From NCBI RefSeq assembly GCF_009914755.1, contig NC_060928.1: 64,000 nucleotides of DNA; one strand, written 5' to 3'. The first letter of the stretch is position 1; every line of letters begins with the position of its first letter. The stretch is from the human T2T-CHM13v2.0 reference genome, Homo sapiens. Shown piece after piece: positions 24,671-36,464 of this stretch. The notes under the pieces are model-generated. The model did not search any database. It was given only the letters and a program-made list of their open reading frames with translations, and was not told the DNA's origin. The translations under genes and the position numbers were made by a program.

Positions 24671-25124
24671 TGTATTAATCAGGGTTCTCTAGAGGGAGAG
24701 AACTAATAGGATAGATGTATATATAAAGGGGAGTTTATTAAAAATATTAACTCACGTGATCACAAGGTCCCACAATAGGCTGTCTGAAAGCTGAGGAGAA
24801 AGGAAGCCAGTCCGAGTCCCAAAGCTCAAGAACCTGGGGTGCAATGTTCGAGGGCAGGAAGCATCCAGCATGGGAGATAGAGGTGGGCTGGGAGGCTAAG
24901 CCAGTCTAGTCTTTTCATGTTCTTCTGCCTGCTTTTTATTCTGACTGTGCTGGCAGCTAATTAGATTGTGCCCACCCAGATTAAGAGTGGGTCAATGGAT
25001 TGCCTTTCGCCGTCCACTGATTCAAATGTTAACCTCTTTTGGCAACACCCTCACAGACATACCCAAGAACAATACTTTGTATCCTTCAATCCAATCAAAT
25101 TGACACTCAGTATTAACCATCACA
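24671..25124 (-). mobile_element. MLT2A1-type (HERV-L) solo LTR
   Basis: TGTATTAATCAGGGTTCTCTAGAGGG...CCTTCAATCCAATCAAATTGACACTCAGTATTAACCATCACA; 5-bp TSD TAGCC/TGGCC. Confidence 0.9.
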
Positions 25125-25707
25125 TGGCCTCAAAGATAGACTCAGACATCATCACATAGATTCAAAGATAGACTCAGACAGGACTTCAGACAGCACACAA
25201 TCATGGAACAAATGGTTTCAATCAAACCCAAAGATTAGTTATGTGTTGTTTTCTTTCTTTTATAGAACTAATGTTTCAGAAGAATGATGACATATTTTCA
25301 AAGCAAGTAAAGAGGGGTTCTTTGACTTTTTAGTCACATACATTATGTAGTATGTTTAACTTAAATGTGTGTGTGTCTAGACATTTTCTTGGTTTTGATG
25401 CCTGTAATAGCTAAGAGTCTTATAACCATCAGAAACAAGAAAATGTATATATCTGTTTTCAAAATAATATGTTTATAGGAGATTGCTAACAATATTTTCA
25501 TAAAAGATTAATATAAAAATATTAATAATGTAGTTTGTCTGAAAGACATAGTTGGTTTTCCACCTTTTGTCTCCAGAAATGAGTTCTTTGCAAGCTGTAC
25601 AAGTTGTGGGAGTGTTCTAGCTTCAGATAATCACACTGTTTGAAAGTTCATCAAAGTTGGTAACAAAATTATATTCATCATCTAATTTTCAATTCCTTAG
25701 GACTGTG

Positions 25708-26463
25708 TGTATTAGTCCATTTTTACACTTCTATAAAGAACTTCCCTGAGACTGGGTAATTTATAAATGAAAGAGGTTTAATTGATGCACAGTTTCACAT
25801 GACTGGGGAGGCCTCAGAAAACTTACAGTCATGACAGAAGGGGAAGCAGGCATCTTCTTCACATGGCGGCAGGAGAGAGAAGTGAAGAAAGAATTTCCAA
25901 AGACTTATAAAAACCATCAGATCTCATGAGAACTCACTCACTATCACGAAAACAGAATGGGGGAATCCACCCTCATGATCCAAACACCTCCCTCCCTCGA
26001 CACATGGGGATTACAATCTGAGATGAGATTTGGGTGGGGACACAGAGCCAAACCATATTATTCTACCCCTGGCCCCTTCCAAATCTCATGTCTTTTCACA
26101 TTTCAAAACCAATCATGCCTTCCTAACAGTCCCCCAAATCTTAACTCTTTACAGCATTAACTCAAAAGTCCACAGTCTGACATCTCATCGGAGACAAGCT
26201 AAGTCCCTTCTGCCTGTGAGCCTGTAAAATCAAAAGCAAGTTGTCACTTCCAAGATACAATGGAGATATAGGCATTGGATAAATGTTCCCATTACAAATG
26301 GGAGAAATGGGCCAAAACAAAGGGGCTACAGGCCCCATACAAGTCTGAAACCCAGCAGGGCAGTCATTAAATCTTAAAGCTCTGAAAATAATCTCCTTTG
26401 ACTCCATGTATAACATCCAGGGCATGCTGAGGCAAGGGGTGGTTCCCATGACTTTGGGAACAG
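25708..26463 (-). mobile_element. THE1 (C/D-type) 3' LTR plus ~400 bp of truncated internal sequence
   Basis: LTR 25708-26060 (TGTATTAGTCCATTTT...GGGTGGGGACACAGAGCCAAACCATATTA), then TTCTACCCCTGGCCCC...CCTGTAAAATCAAAAGCAAGTT typical of THE1-int; no second LTR. Confidence 0.85.
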
Positions 26464-26838
26464 TGCTTTAGGAGAAACCAAGAAAGTTTGAGTTAAATAT
26501 CCAAATCTTTGTTGTCCCCCACATCCAATTAATGACATCTATCTCTATGGCTGTCTATATATTTATTAATCAATAATTCTATAAAGGTTTGAAATTGCTT
26601 AAAACCAGAGTGTAAATTACAAAATAATAACATCAAAATACAAAATAAAGGTGAGGTAATTATAAATAAAGAGAAAATAAGTTGTAAGGAGTGGTTTAAC
26701 ATGTATACATGACTATGAAACTGAATCTGTGCCGGGTAGAAGAATCCGCACTGCTATTGCTTTAGTTAGACTGGCTATGATGGATGATCAAAGACATGAC
26801 AATTTCATGGATTCCTTTATAACTGGAGGAAAACACAA

Positions 26839-27252
26839 TGCTGTGGTTTAAATATTTGTTCCCTGCAAAACTCATGTTGAAACTTAATCCTCAATATGAC
26901 AATATTGAGAGGTGGGGCCTTTAGAAGTGATTGGATCATGAGGCCTCTGCTCTCATAAAAGGATTAATCTATTCATGGATTAATGAGTTAGTGGATTAAT
27001 GGTTTATGAGAGTGGGACAGGTGCCTTTATAAGAAGAGAAAGAGACTTGAGTTTGCAAGCTCAGTTCTCTTGTTATGTGATGCTCTGCACTACCTTGGGA
27101 CTCTGCAGAGAGTTCCCACCAGCAAGAAGGCTCTTACCAGATACAGCCCCTTGACCTTGGACTTCTCAGCCTTCATAACTGTAAAAAACAAGTTTGTTTT
27201 AAAAACAAATTTCAAGTATTCTGTTATAAGCAATGGAAAACAGCCTAAGGCA
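26839..27252 (+). mobile_element. MaLR solo LTR (MSTC/D-like)
   Basis: TGCTGTGGTTTAAATATTTG...AAAACTCATGTTGAAACTTAATCC...AGCAAGAAGGCTCTTACCAGA...CTAAGGCA; 5-bp TSD CACAA/CTCAA. Confidence 0.8.
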
Positions 27253-28138
27253 CTCAATAAATGTTGTATGCCCGGAAGTGACAGTGATAGTTAAATTGGT
27301 TTTGAAACTAGGTTTACATGACACCAATGCCAACAATTTGGTCTATTCTCTTTTTATTTTTACCAGCACAATGTCAAGTTAGTTGGCTTGCTGAATTCTT
27401 TCAACGAAATGTTTTTGTTTTCTGTAAATCCATTCTGTGATGTTTGCATGGGCTAATGAAAAGGCATGATCTATAGGACATGCTTTTTTTTTTTTCCTTT
27501 TGGCCATGTTAGCACAGTTGTTTGAAACCTCTCATCATTATGAGAAAGTTATCCATTATAGGCCACAGTTCGTAGCTTGTTCTCTCCATGATGGCCCTGA
27601 GTAAAGGCAGCAGCTCTAAGTAGATTCTGATGTTAATAATTCAAATCTATTGTCAATTTTCTATTCTTTCTCTCCTATTTATGCCTATGTGGGGACTAGC
27701 CTGTACTTTCTCAGCTGTAGGCTACCAGAGGAGAGCAACAAGCTGTCATCCATTTCTACTTGCCTGACTTTGGCTTAGTGAGCAGGGGATTTTACTCTTC
27801 TTTTCACTAAAGGTGTGAACTTGGATTTCTTTTTCAATCAAATGAGAAGATAAAACCAGATGATATTCAAACTACAATCATGTCTAGTTTGTGAAGATAT
27901 AAGTAATTTTTTCAGGAATATAACAAAACAGCAGGAAAATTTCACAATAAGAAATGTCATACAGAATGGGTAAGAACTAGATAGTCAAAGAGGCAGAGAT
28001 CCTCACCCACTGGCATGGTCCAGGGGTCTTGAGTCAGGCAGGGGATGCTTGTTAAGCAATGAACAATAGGTAGGATTTAGGAAGTTAAAATAGAAGAAGA
28101 AAAACGTTCATGTCTCCTTGCATAAATAAATGTAACTT

Positions 28139-28296
28139 GTTTTTTTCTAGAGATAGGGTCTCACTCTGTCATCCAGGCTGGAGTGTAGTGGCGTCATCAT
28201 AGCTCACTGCAGCCTTGAACTCCTTGGCTTAAGCAATTCTCCTGCCTCAGCCTCCCCAGTAGCTAGGACTACAGATACACACCACAATACCCAGCT
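28139..28296 (-). mobile_element. Free Alu monomer (FRAM-like)
   Basis: Single right-arm-like Alu monomer with its own TSD TAAATGTAACTT (28127-28138) / TAAACGTAACTT (28297-28308). Confidence 0.8.
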
Positions 28297-28732
28297 TAAA
28301 CGTAACTTTTACTTTGTGGAGAGGCTGGCTGGAGAGGAAGAATTTGTTCTTTTTCCTTTTAGAAGCCTTTTGTCATTCTAAGAATTCCATGGTCTTTAGA
28401 AACACGTATTTTTCCAGAAGACCACTTATTAAAGAGGATTAGCTTGAAAAGAGGATTTTGTCCTTTTTAAAATATTTTTATAATTCTCAAATAAAAGTAT
28501 TGTTTCAAAAATTATTTTATTTAGTAACCCTGAATTTAAACGTATATTGTTGCTGTTGCTATCTTTGAGGGCTCTAATAACCACTTCTGCTTGGGGGTTC
28601 ATGTCATAAAAATGGTCATTTAATGAGAATCAGAAAGTTCCACTGGCTAAGGAGCAGTTTAGTGAGCTTAATTCCAGTTATTGTTCTAAGCATATATACA
28701 AAAATTTTTGCAAATAAATAGGTTAATGCTAT

Positions 28733-29047
28733 ATATTTTATTTTATTTATTTATTTTGAGATGGAGTCTCACTCTGTTGCCCAGGCTGGAGTATAGTGGC
28801 ATGATCTCGGCTCACTGCAACCTCTGCCTCCCAGGTTCAAGTGATTATTCTGCCTCAGCCTCCTGAGTAGCTGGGATTACAGGCACATGCCACCATGCCC
28901 AGTTAATTTTTTTTTTTTTTTGCATTTTTAGTAGAGACAGGGTTTCACCGTGTTGTCCAGGTTGGTCTCGAACTCCTGACCTCGTGCTCCACCCACCTCA
29001 GCCTCCCAAAGTGCTGGGATTACAGGCATGAGCTACGTCACCTAGCC
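28733..29047 (-). mobile_element. AluS (Sg/Sc-like)
   Basis: Full dimer; GACCTCGTG lacks the AG of AluSx; 13-bp TSD AGGTTAATGCTAT (28720-28732 / 29048-29060). Confidence 0.95.
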
Positions 29048-29149
29048 AGGTTAATGCTATTTATATATGGTCTAGTGACACATCTATTTCACTCAGCAAT
29101 ATAATAGAATTTTTTTTCTTCCTAAAACATGCATAGCTCTCTATTTGTT

Positions 29150-30578
29150 GAAAAATTTTTATTGAACTATAACATGCACAAAAAATTGCTTAAATCTTGA
29201 GTGTAAAACTTGATGCATCTTACAAGGTGAACATATACATGTAACCAGCATCAAGGAAGAGAACATTATCAGCATTCCAGAAATTCTGCTAATCTCTCTT
29301 TCCGTTCAGTAACTGGCTATCCCATACCATGGCTAGTCACTATCTTGCCCTTTTACTTTTACACTGTAGATTAATTTTTCCCACTTTGAACATTATCCAA
29401 AATGCAATCATATAGTATGTACATTTTTATATCTGGCACTTTCTTTGTTGTTCAACATTATGTTTGTGAGATTCATCCATATTCTCGCATGCTATTAAAC
29501 TTCAGTTCAACAAAAGTTAACATTAAAAGAACAAAAATACAACACACAAAGTGGTAGAAGATATTTCCAATCCATATACCTAACAAATGATTTATATTTA
29601 GATAGGAAAAGAACTCTTATAAATTAAAAAGACAGATAACCTTATAGAAAATCAAGCAAAAATACCTGAATTGGTACTTCACAATAGAGGATACTCAAAT
29701 GACAAGAAATCATGTAAAGTGCTTAACTTTATTAGTCATTAGGGAAATGAAAATTAAAAACACAATGTGATACTACTGCTACTGCAAAGGCTGGGACAAT
29801 TACAATGAAAAAGACAAAAAATAGCAAGTGTTAGCATGGATGTGGAGCAAGTGGAACTCATACATTGCTGGTGGGAGAGTAATTTTGTACAACACTTTGC
29901 AAACTGTCTGTTAGTTTGGGTCTTCTGAGAAGTAGACACCAAAATGGAAGTAGACATGCAAGAGATTTATTGTGGAGTAAAGGGAAGGAGCATGAGCAGG
30001 GTGGGAGGGCCTCCAAGCCACAGTGCTGGTCTGACACCTGCAGAAGGAGGAAGGAGGACTGGTAAGAAGAGTCTCCAACTGCCGAGCAGATCTAAGAAAG
30101 TTTTAGCTAGGAAAATTAAGAGTTCTTGAAACAAAGTTGTCAATTAGGCGAAACCCATGTCCCATAGGAATGGGTTTGTTCTACTACTTAACTTCATGCT
30201 CAGTCATTGTCTAGAGGCAGTTTGGGGAAACTGTGGCCTTGGTGCAATCAGACACAAATCCAGAAGGGCAGAAGCTGGGAGTGTCAGTCACCTGTGCTCC
30301 CACAGCACAGCATCTGAGCAGCCCATTCCCATGGCTGCCATGGGAAGTTGATATTAAATCTGAACATCCATGCTCCATGATCCAATCATTCCACCCCTCC
30401 ATAAATACCCACAGAAATAGGTACATATATTCATCAAAACACATGTACAAGAATGTTCACAACAGTGAACATTTGTCGTAACCGAGACCTGGAAACCATC
30501 CTAGTGCTGACCAACAGTAGAATGGATAAATAGTACTATAATTAAACAATGAATTCTATACAATAATGAGAATGAAGC
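29150..30578 (-). mobile_element. Old L1ME-type insertion with a 5' inversion, nested in an older L1 and split by an LTR40
   Basis: 3' end antisense at 29150-29492; upstream ORF2-end/3' UTR portion on + strand at 29493-30578; candidate TSD CTATTTGTT/CTATTTCTT. Confidence 0.6.
29909..30341 (-). mobile_element. LTR40-type (ERVL) solo LTR
   Basis: Minus strand starts TGGCAGCCATGGGAATGGGCTGCTCAGATG...GGAGCACAGGTGACTGACACTCCCAGCT; the L1 resumes on both sides. Confidence 0.65.
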
Positions 30579-30849
30579 TATTTCTTTCTAAAAACACTAG
30601 CATAGTTTTTAATAGTATGGGTATACCATAATTTATTTAACCATTTCTCTATTGATGATGATTATGTTTAATTTTTCCTTGTTACAGATAATCTTGCAGT
30701 GAATATTGCTGAAGGATAAATACCTAAACATGGCACTGCTGAGTCAAATGATATGCACATTTAATGTTTTTATGGGTATCTAATGTATTACACTTTTGTA
30801 ATGTAATTTTCAAAAGAATCTGAAAATGTCATCTTTTTCACCCCCTCTG

Positions 30850-31162
30850 GCAGTGACAAATGGCACACTCAAATTGGAAGCTTTAAAAGGGCTCTTCCAC
30901 AGGTGTGTGCTGGGTGTAGGGTAGCCACAAGGGATGGTGCAAAGCCTTGAGGCTTGGAAAAGTGGAAGAGGGCAGGTGAGTAAAAACTCTAGCCTCCTTC
31001 TGATGAGCTGCTATTGCTTCTCTTTGGTAAAATCCATAGAGAAGTCAGAGGGTAAGAGAGTTCACTGAGGGAGTCCATACAGATCATTCTCCCAGGGAAC
31101 TGTGCAGATGGGTGGAGAAGAGTGGGTCATGATCTGGAGGACTAGAAAACATCTAGCTTACA
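30850..31162. mobile_element. Ancient LTR fragment (LTR78-like)
   Basis: ATGGCACACTCAAATTGG...AGGTGTGTGCTGGGTGTAGGGTAGCCACAAGGGATGGTGCA resembles recalled LTR78; short and internally deleted. Confidence 0.4.
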
Positions 31163-31169
31163 CCTTAAC

Positions 31170-32200
31170 AACTGGTTATTATCAGTCTTAAGGTTTTGCC
31201 CATTTCATAGGTAAAATATGCTATATTGTTTTAATTTTCATGTCTTGTATATTTACTAGTAAGTTTGAGAATTTTTATTTTCTTTTTTTTGAGTTACATG
31301 TTTATATTTTTTACCTTTGCTTTTTCCTTATGGATTTGAAGACACTCTGTGTGTGTTAGGTAAGTTAGCTTTTGTCCACTTCCATATTAGAATATTTTCT
31401 TCAATTTGCTGTTTGTCCTTTAACATTATTTACAGCAACTTTGTCAAACAGAATTAAAGTCTATACAGTCTTGTTCACATTTTTTTTTTTTCCTTTATGG
31501 CTTCTGGGTTTCTTGTCTTTCTTGGAAAGGCATTCTATTCCTTCTAGTTATATTTTCTGTACATTTTCTTCTAGTGCTTTTTGAGCTTTTTTATATTTAA
31601 AACTTTAAGCAACCTGAGATTTATTTTAATATTTGGAATGAGGTGAGGCTCTAACCTTATTTTCTTCCATATGAATATAGTTTCTCAATATCATTGATTA
31701 AATAATTCATTATTTTTCCTCTAATTTGAAGTGCTGCTTTGATTATACATAAACTATTCATGTACATATGAATCTGCTTCTGGGCTGTACTCTTTTCCTT
31801 TAATCTATTTGTTAATTTCTGCATCAATATTATGCATCTATAAGTACTTTAACTTTTAAGTATCTTTTATTATTGTAAAGAAGGGACTTTTATTTTTTTA
31901 TAATATTTGAGTTTTCTCTTTTGTAATTACTTTTAAAGAACTATTTAGACTATCTCTTTAGCCCATTTTATTCATTTGTTAAAGTTTTGTGGTTTTCTTC
32001 TTGTAAGTTTGCACATTTCCTTTTTTATTTCTTAGGTAGTTATTTTATAAATTTTGCTACTATTGGTTTTTTTCTAACTGGGTATTTTTGGTATAAAGGA
32101 AAGCTTTGGTCTTTTGAAATATTAATTTGGCTTGTTAGTAAATTCTGTTATTTCTAATTGCTTCTAGTTGATCCATAACCTTTTGAATATTTCCTCTAGC
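31170..32200 (-). mobile_element. Highly decayed L1M ORF2/3' region
   Basis: T-rich antisense L1 motifs such as TTTATTTTAATATTTGGAATGAGGTGAGGCTCTAA...TTTCTTCCATATGAATAT. Confidence 0.55.
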
Positions 32201-32359
32201 ACACAACTGCACGTGGCTCTCTCAAGTTTTGGTGCAACCCAAATTCTCAACTTACTTATCTGCTCTTCCAAGATCTGCTTCTGGTGCAAGGGACAACTGT
32301 GGCATAATGGCAAGAGCACTAAATATGGTCAAAGGAGACATAGGTTGAATACCGTCTTG

Positions 32360-32843
32360 TGTATAACATTAGCTAGAATTGAATTCAGCTGCAAGTGTTC
32401 GAAAACCACCAAAATAAGAGTGGTTTTATTATGTAAGATCTTATTCTTGCTACGAAAGAAGTCTTAATGCACGAGTGGGCTGGTAAGGTGCTTTATGAAG
32501 TTGTTTCTGACATCCCTAGGACAAGACCCTCATCCTTATGTCCCAAGAAAGTGTTTGTGCACCAGTGATTATGTCCGATTCCAGGCCAGCAGTAGGAAGA
32601 GAAGGTGGAAAAGCCTATGAAGGGCCCACCATTAAGGCCATTTATCTTGAATCATCCATAATCCTTTCACTTACAGATTATTTGACAAACCTACTCACAT
32701 GCCTATGCCTAGCAGGAAAAGAGTCTGGGTAAAGTAGTTGTTAGAAACTAAAACTGTTTAAGTGAGCAAGTAGATAATGTATACTGGGGTGTTTATTACT
32801 TAGGAAGAATGGATAGAGAGAGAGTTAGCAGTCTGTTGAGTCA
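32360..32843 (-). mobile_element. Old MLT1-type (J/K/L) LTR inserted in a MIR
   Basis: TTCAGCTGCAAG...AAAACCACCAAAATAAGAGTGGTTT...TTCCAGGCCAGCAG...GAAGAATGGATA...TTAGCAGTCT; MIR head at ~32298-32359. Confidence 0.45.
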
Positions 32844-33089
32844 CTAAATACATATGTGAACATGCGCCAATTCAATTTTTTTCCATAAAGAAAAAAAGCA
32901 TTTCTTATGATTATGAAATAATACACCACCATTAGGAAGAATTCAAACAAATCGGAACATTTGAAGACAAGGATAACAAGTAACTGAAATCTTACAAGTC
33001 AGAGATACATTTCTATTAGTAAATATTTCTTCGTGTACCTCTTTGTACACACACCACATACTTTACAGAAATGGCATTATTTTACACAT

Positions 33090-33800
33090 TGCTTGCTTTC
33101 TCTAAACCTGCTGGGGATGTTTTGTCTCAGGATAATTGCATTTATGATTGCTTCTATCTGGAATGTCCTCTCTCTAGATACAGGTATGGTTATCTCCCTC
33201 CCTTTCTGAGTATGGCTAGCTACTTAACTTCATTAGTGTGGCCAGCTTCCTCACTTCCTCGGTACAGCTAGCTCCTTCACTTCCTCACAGAGGTGGCTTC
33301 TCCTTTTCTTCCTCAGTGTGACCAGGCCCCTCCCTGACTCAGCAAGGCTATCTCCTCACATTGTCATGTTGCTAGCTCCCTCCCTTCCTAGGTGTAGCTA
33401 GCTCTGTCACTTCCTCATGTGAACAGCCCCTTGCCTCACTGACTCATGTGGCTAGCTCCCTGCTTCCTTGAGGTTTTTGCTGAAATGTCATTCATTCAGT
33501 GACACCTCCCTGATGCCAGCTCCATTTATAATTGCATTCCTCCCCCCTTTTCATATTTTATTTTAATTTTCTTCATAGAATTGATCACCTTCATATATAT
33601 ATGAAATACATATATATAAATAAATATATATACATATATATATATGAAATAGTTATTTTGCTTGTTTTCTGTTCTCCCGAGACAATAGAAGTTCCACAAA
33701 AGTAGGGATTTTGTCTTTCTTGTCCACTGTTTATCCAGTGCATAATATAGGGCCCAGAACCTAGTAAGCACTCAATAAATCCTTATCAAATGATTGCATT
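33090..33800 (+). mobile_element. L2 LINE 3' end containing a minisatellite and a (TA)n tract
   Basis: TCTATCTGGAATGTCCTCTCTCTAGAT...TGCTGAAATGTCA...GGGATTTTGTCT...TAGTAAGCACTCAATAAAT. Confidence 0.75.
33184..33471 (+). repeat. Degenerate tandem repeat, ~11 copies of a ~26-bp unit (GTGTGGCTAGCTCCCTCACTTCCTCA)
   Basis: Units read directly, e.g. GTATGGCTAGCTACTTAACTTCATTA, GTGTGGCCAGCTTCCTCACTTCCTC, GTGTAGCTAGCTCTGTCACTTCCTCA. Confidence 0.85.
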
Positions 33801-33949
33801 CACTGTATTTCACAACACCTGATCACATCAATTCGTTGTGAAGATTAAATGAGATAACATAGATGACACTTAGCACAAGAGAGGGGGCAGAGGCTTAAAA
33901 GAGTTGAAGCTGCTGTTACTTCTATTTAGACTTTTTGTGCCTCTACCAG

Positions 33950-34105
33950 AGCACTATTTTATCTTTAAACTGTTTATTCATGTGCCTATCTCTTCCACCA
34001 GCCCCAAGAACTCTGAGGGTCAAAACTGCTATTATTTGTTTTTGCATCATTAGTATTGACAATAGCCTAGTGTACAGTAGGTGCTTTATACATTTGAATT
34101 GACTT
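33950..34105 (+). mobile_element. L2 3' end fragment
   Basis: CTGTTTATTCATGTGCCTATCTC...AACTCTGAGGG...CAGTAGGTGCTTTATACATTTGAATTGA. Confidence 0.55.
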
Positions 34106-35415
34106 GAGACATTTCTGATTATTCCTAAATCAGCAGACTGCCATATTTCCTAATTTAAAATGTTTCCCTTCCTTTCTCCATGCTGAAATATTTATGAAAC
34201 GATTTGGTACTTCAGAGGAAATCAGGTTTTAGCACAGCTGAGTCTATCTTCTCTCTTTAGTCAATAGTTGTGTTGAAAGCTCATTTAAATAAATGCACTA
34301 GAGACAGAGTTTTGAATAGGAAGAGTATTTCAGCTTTGTGAAATGTCCAGATGGAATAAGAATTAGATGCTTTTGTTATTTCTGCCACTTTGGTTAATGA
34401 AGCTGTCCCCTTTATAATATAATTAGAGCATGAACAATTCTCTGACCAAATATAAAATGACACACATAGGCTCTTGTTACTGAGTGTCTCTCTGAAGGAT
34501 CACAAGAAATCATTCAAACACATGACTTGACATACTAGGGTAAATCCAGCCAATTAGGAAAATGTAATTAGAAAAAGTAATTTCATGCGAGAAATCTTAA
34601 TTCTTCCTGAAGATACACAGCGTCCCTTTTATATCAAATCACTGGTTATTTTTTTTAAGGTCTAGAGGGAGCTGTTGCATAAACATGTTTTTGTTTACCC
34701 TGGGTGAGGCATTTTAATAAGACTATGGTAAAATTTATATTTCTAAATACAAAGTTGGAATTTGAAGAGAAAAAAAGTTGTGACTATAGTGATCTCCTTG
34801 AGATTGAGGACAAAATTAATCTTTCAAATTCAGTAGAGTAACTCTTGATAGTGCAAGACAAGTCAAGAAAAAAGCATGCAGCTCCAAAGAGAAACAATCC
34901 AGCTCTTCTTTGTGGTCTATTAGGTCAGATATTTTTGTATTAGACAAGACATTCTCCCATCTACCTTGTAGAAATTGGTATTATACATAATGTGTCAACT
35001 CCACAACACTGGCTTGCTTCACATTTTCATTGCCTGATTCTTTCTTCTATCTATCTGCCCGATTCCCCACATCTTCTGGAACAAAACTTTTTCTTTAGGA
35101 CTTGTTAAAGTGTGTACATCTTTCTTAGCTGAACATGTCTATATATAGTCAAGAAAATTGACTTAACCAAATTGAAACATCTTGGGGTTTAACTGAGCCA
35201 CAAAGATTTCCTCCATCAGACTGAATGGTTTGAGATCCATATTGATCATTTATACCTACTGTAGTCAAAATATGATGACTTTAAAAAAAAACTATGCAAC
35301 ACATATTTTTGGTTTAGGCAGAGATATATGCTATAACTTTAGGCTTCTTTTAATTACTAAAGCAAGATGAATACATTGGCTAAATTATGTTTGAATTTGT
35401 AAAATGTGTGAGCTT

Positions 35416-36032
35416 TCAGCTTTGCGGGACTTTGACACTGTATTTCGTGCTGTTTATTACACGAAGCCAATATCCTAATGTCATTTTTCTTCCAACACTT
35501 CCTCTGCTCCCATTCAAAGATGTCAGGCACCTTTGCAATGCCAGGCATCTTGTAGTGAGCTTAGTTGAAAGAGCTTGAGCTTTAGCATCTGAGAGAACCG
35601 AATTCGCATCTCCACTCTGTCATTTATTAGCTCTGTGGCCTTTGTCCACCTCTTAATCTGAGTCTTATAAAACACAGCCAGTAACACCTGTTTTACAGGA
35701 TGAATATAAGGGAAAAAGACATTTAGATTGCTTGGTTTTTATAAATGGTAGAGGCTAAATAAATGGTAGCTATTATTTTTCTTTATCACATTGTTTTATA
35801 AAATTTTACTATTTTGCTGGGGAAATTCTAGTAGATGCTATTTCATTTGAATAAAACAAAAAGTAAGATGCTTTTTGAAAGAGGCAAAGCTCTTTCAACT
35901 AAGCTCACTACATCTCAAAGGTACCTGGTATCTTTGAATGAAAGCTGAGGAAGTGTTGGAAGAAAAATGACATTAGGATATTGACTTCTTACAAACAGCA
36001 TGAAGTACAGTGTCAAAGTCCCACAAACCTGA
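35416..36032. repeat. Long inverted repeat (arms 35416-35576 and 35887-36032, 310-bp spacer)
   Basis: Perfect 37-bp complementary core CAATATCCTAATGTCATTTTTCTTCCAACACTTCCTC and perfect 26-bp block TGTAGTGAGCTTAGTTGAAAGAGCTT; remaining differences are mostly transitions. Confidence 0.95.
35551..35780 (+). mobile_element. MIR SINE spanning the inner end of arm 1 and the spacer
   Basis: TAGTTGAAAGAGCTTGAGCTTTAG...CTCTGTCATTTATTAGCTCTGTGGCCTTTG...AATAAATGGTAGCTATTATT. Confidence 0.65.
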
Positions 36033-36464
36033 TTTTGTAATTCATAGCAGGCTTTCTTAGAGCCATCTCAAGTATTCTGAAATCATTATTGGCTATATTC
36101 ACCCTTGTCACTGAATAAAGGCTACTTAACTTTCATGTGATGATTTTGCATTCTCTATCTATGGATTAACATGGATGTTATTTTCAAGGTTGTTCAGAGT
36201 TGCCTGTCACATGTGGTCAAACCACTTGCGTATATTTTATAAAAGAAATATTTTGAGCCATTTATCAGCTTGAGAAAAGGGAGATATGAGAGCAAATATG
36301 TATTTGGGAATCAGTAATCCTGAAGAACAGAATGACTAGATTGTTTTAATGGTTGATGTGTAGGATGGAAAAGGATATTTATCAAAACTTGAGTAAATGT
36401 GAGGTTCACTGTACATAGGAGCAAAATAGTAGGGGTGGGAATGGTAAAAATACGTAGTGTTTTT

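Noticed and set aside
33184-33471. CRISPR-like array
   Set aside because: Head-to-tail degenerate units with no unique spacers, in a mammalian L2 context
35416-36032. Inverted repeat as a MITE/DNA transposon
   Set aside because: No recognisable TIR start or TSD, and one arm includes part of the adjacent MIR; kept as a finding under a different interpretation
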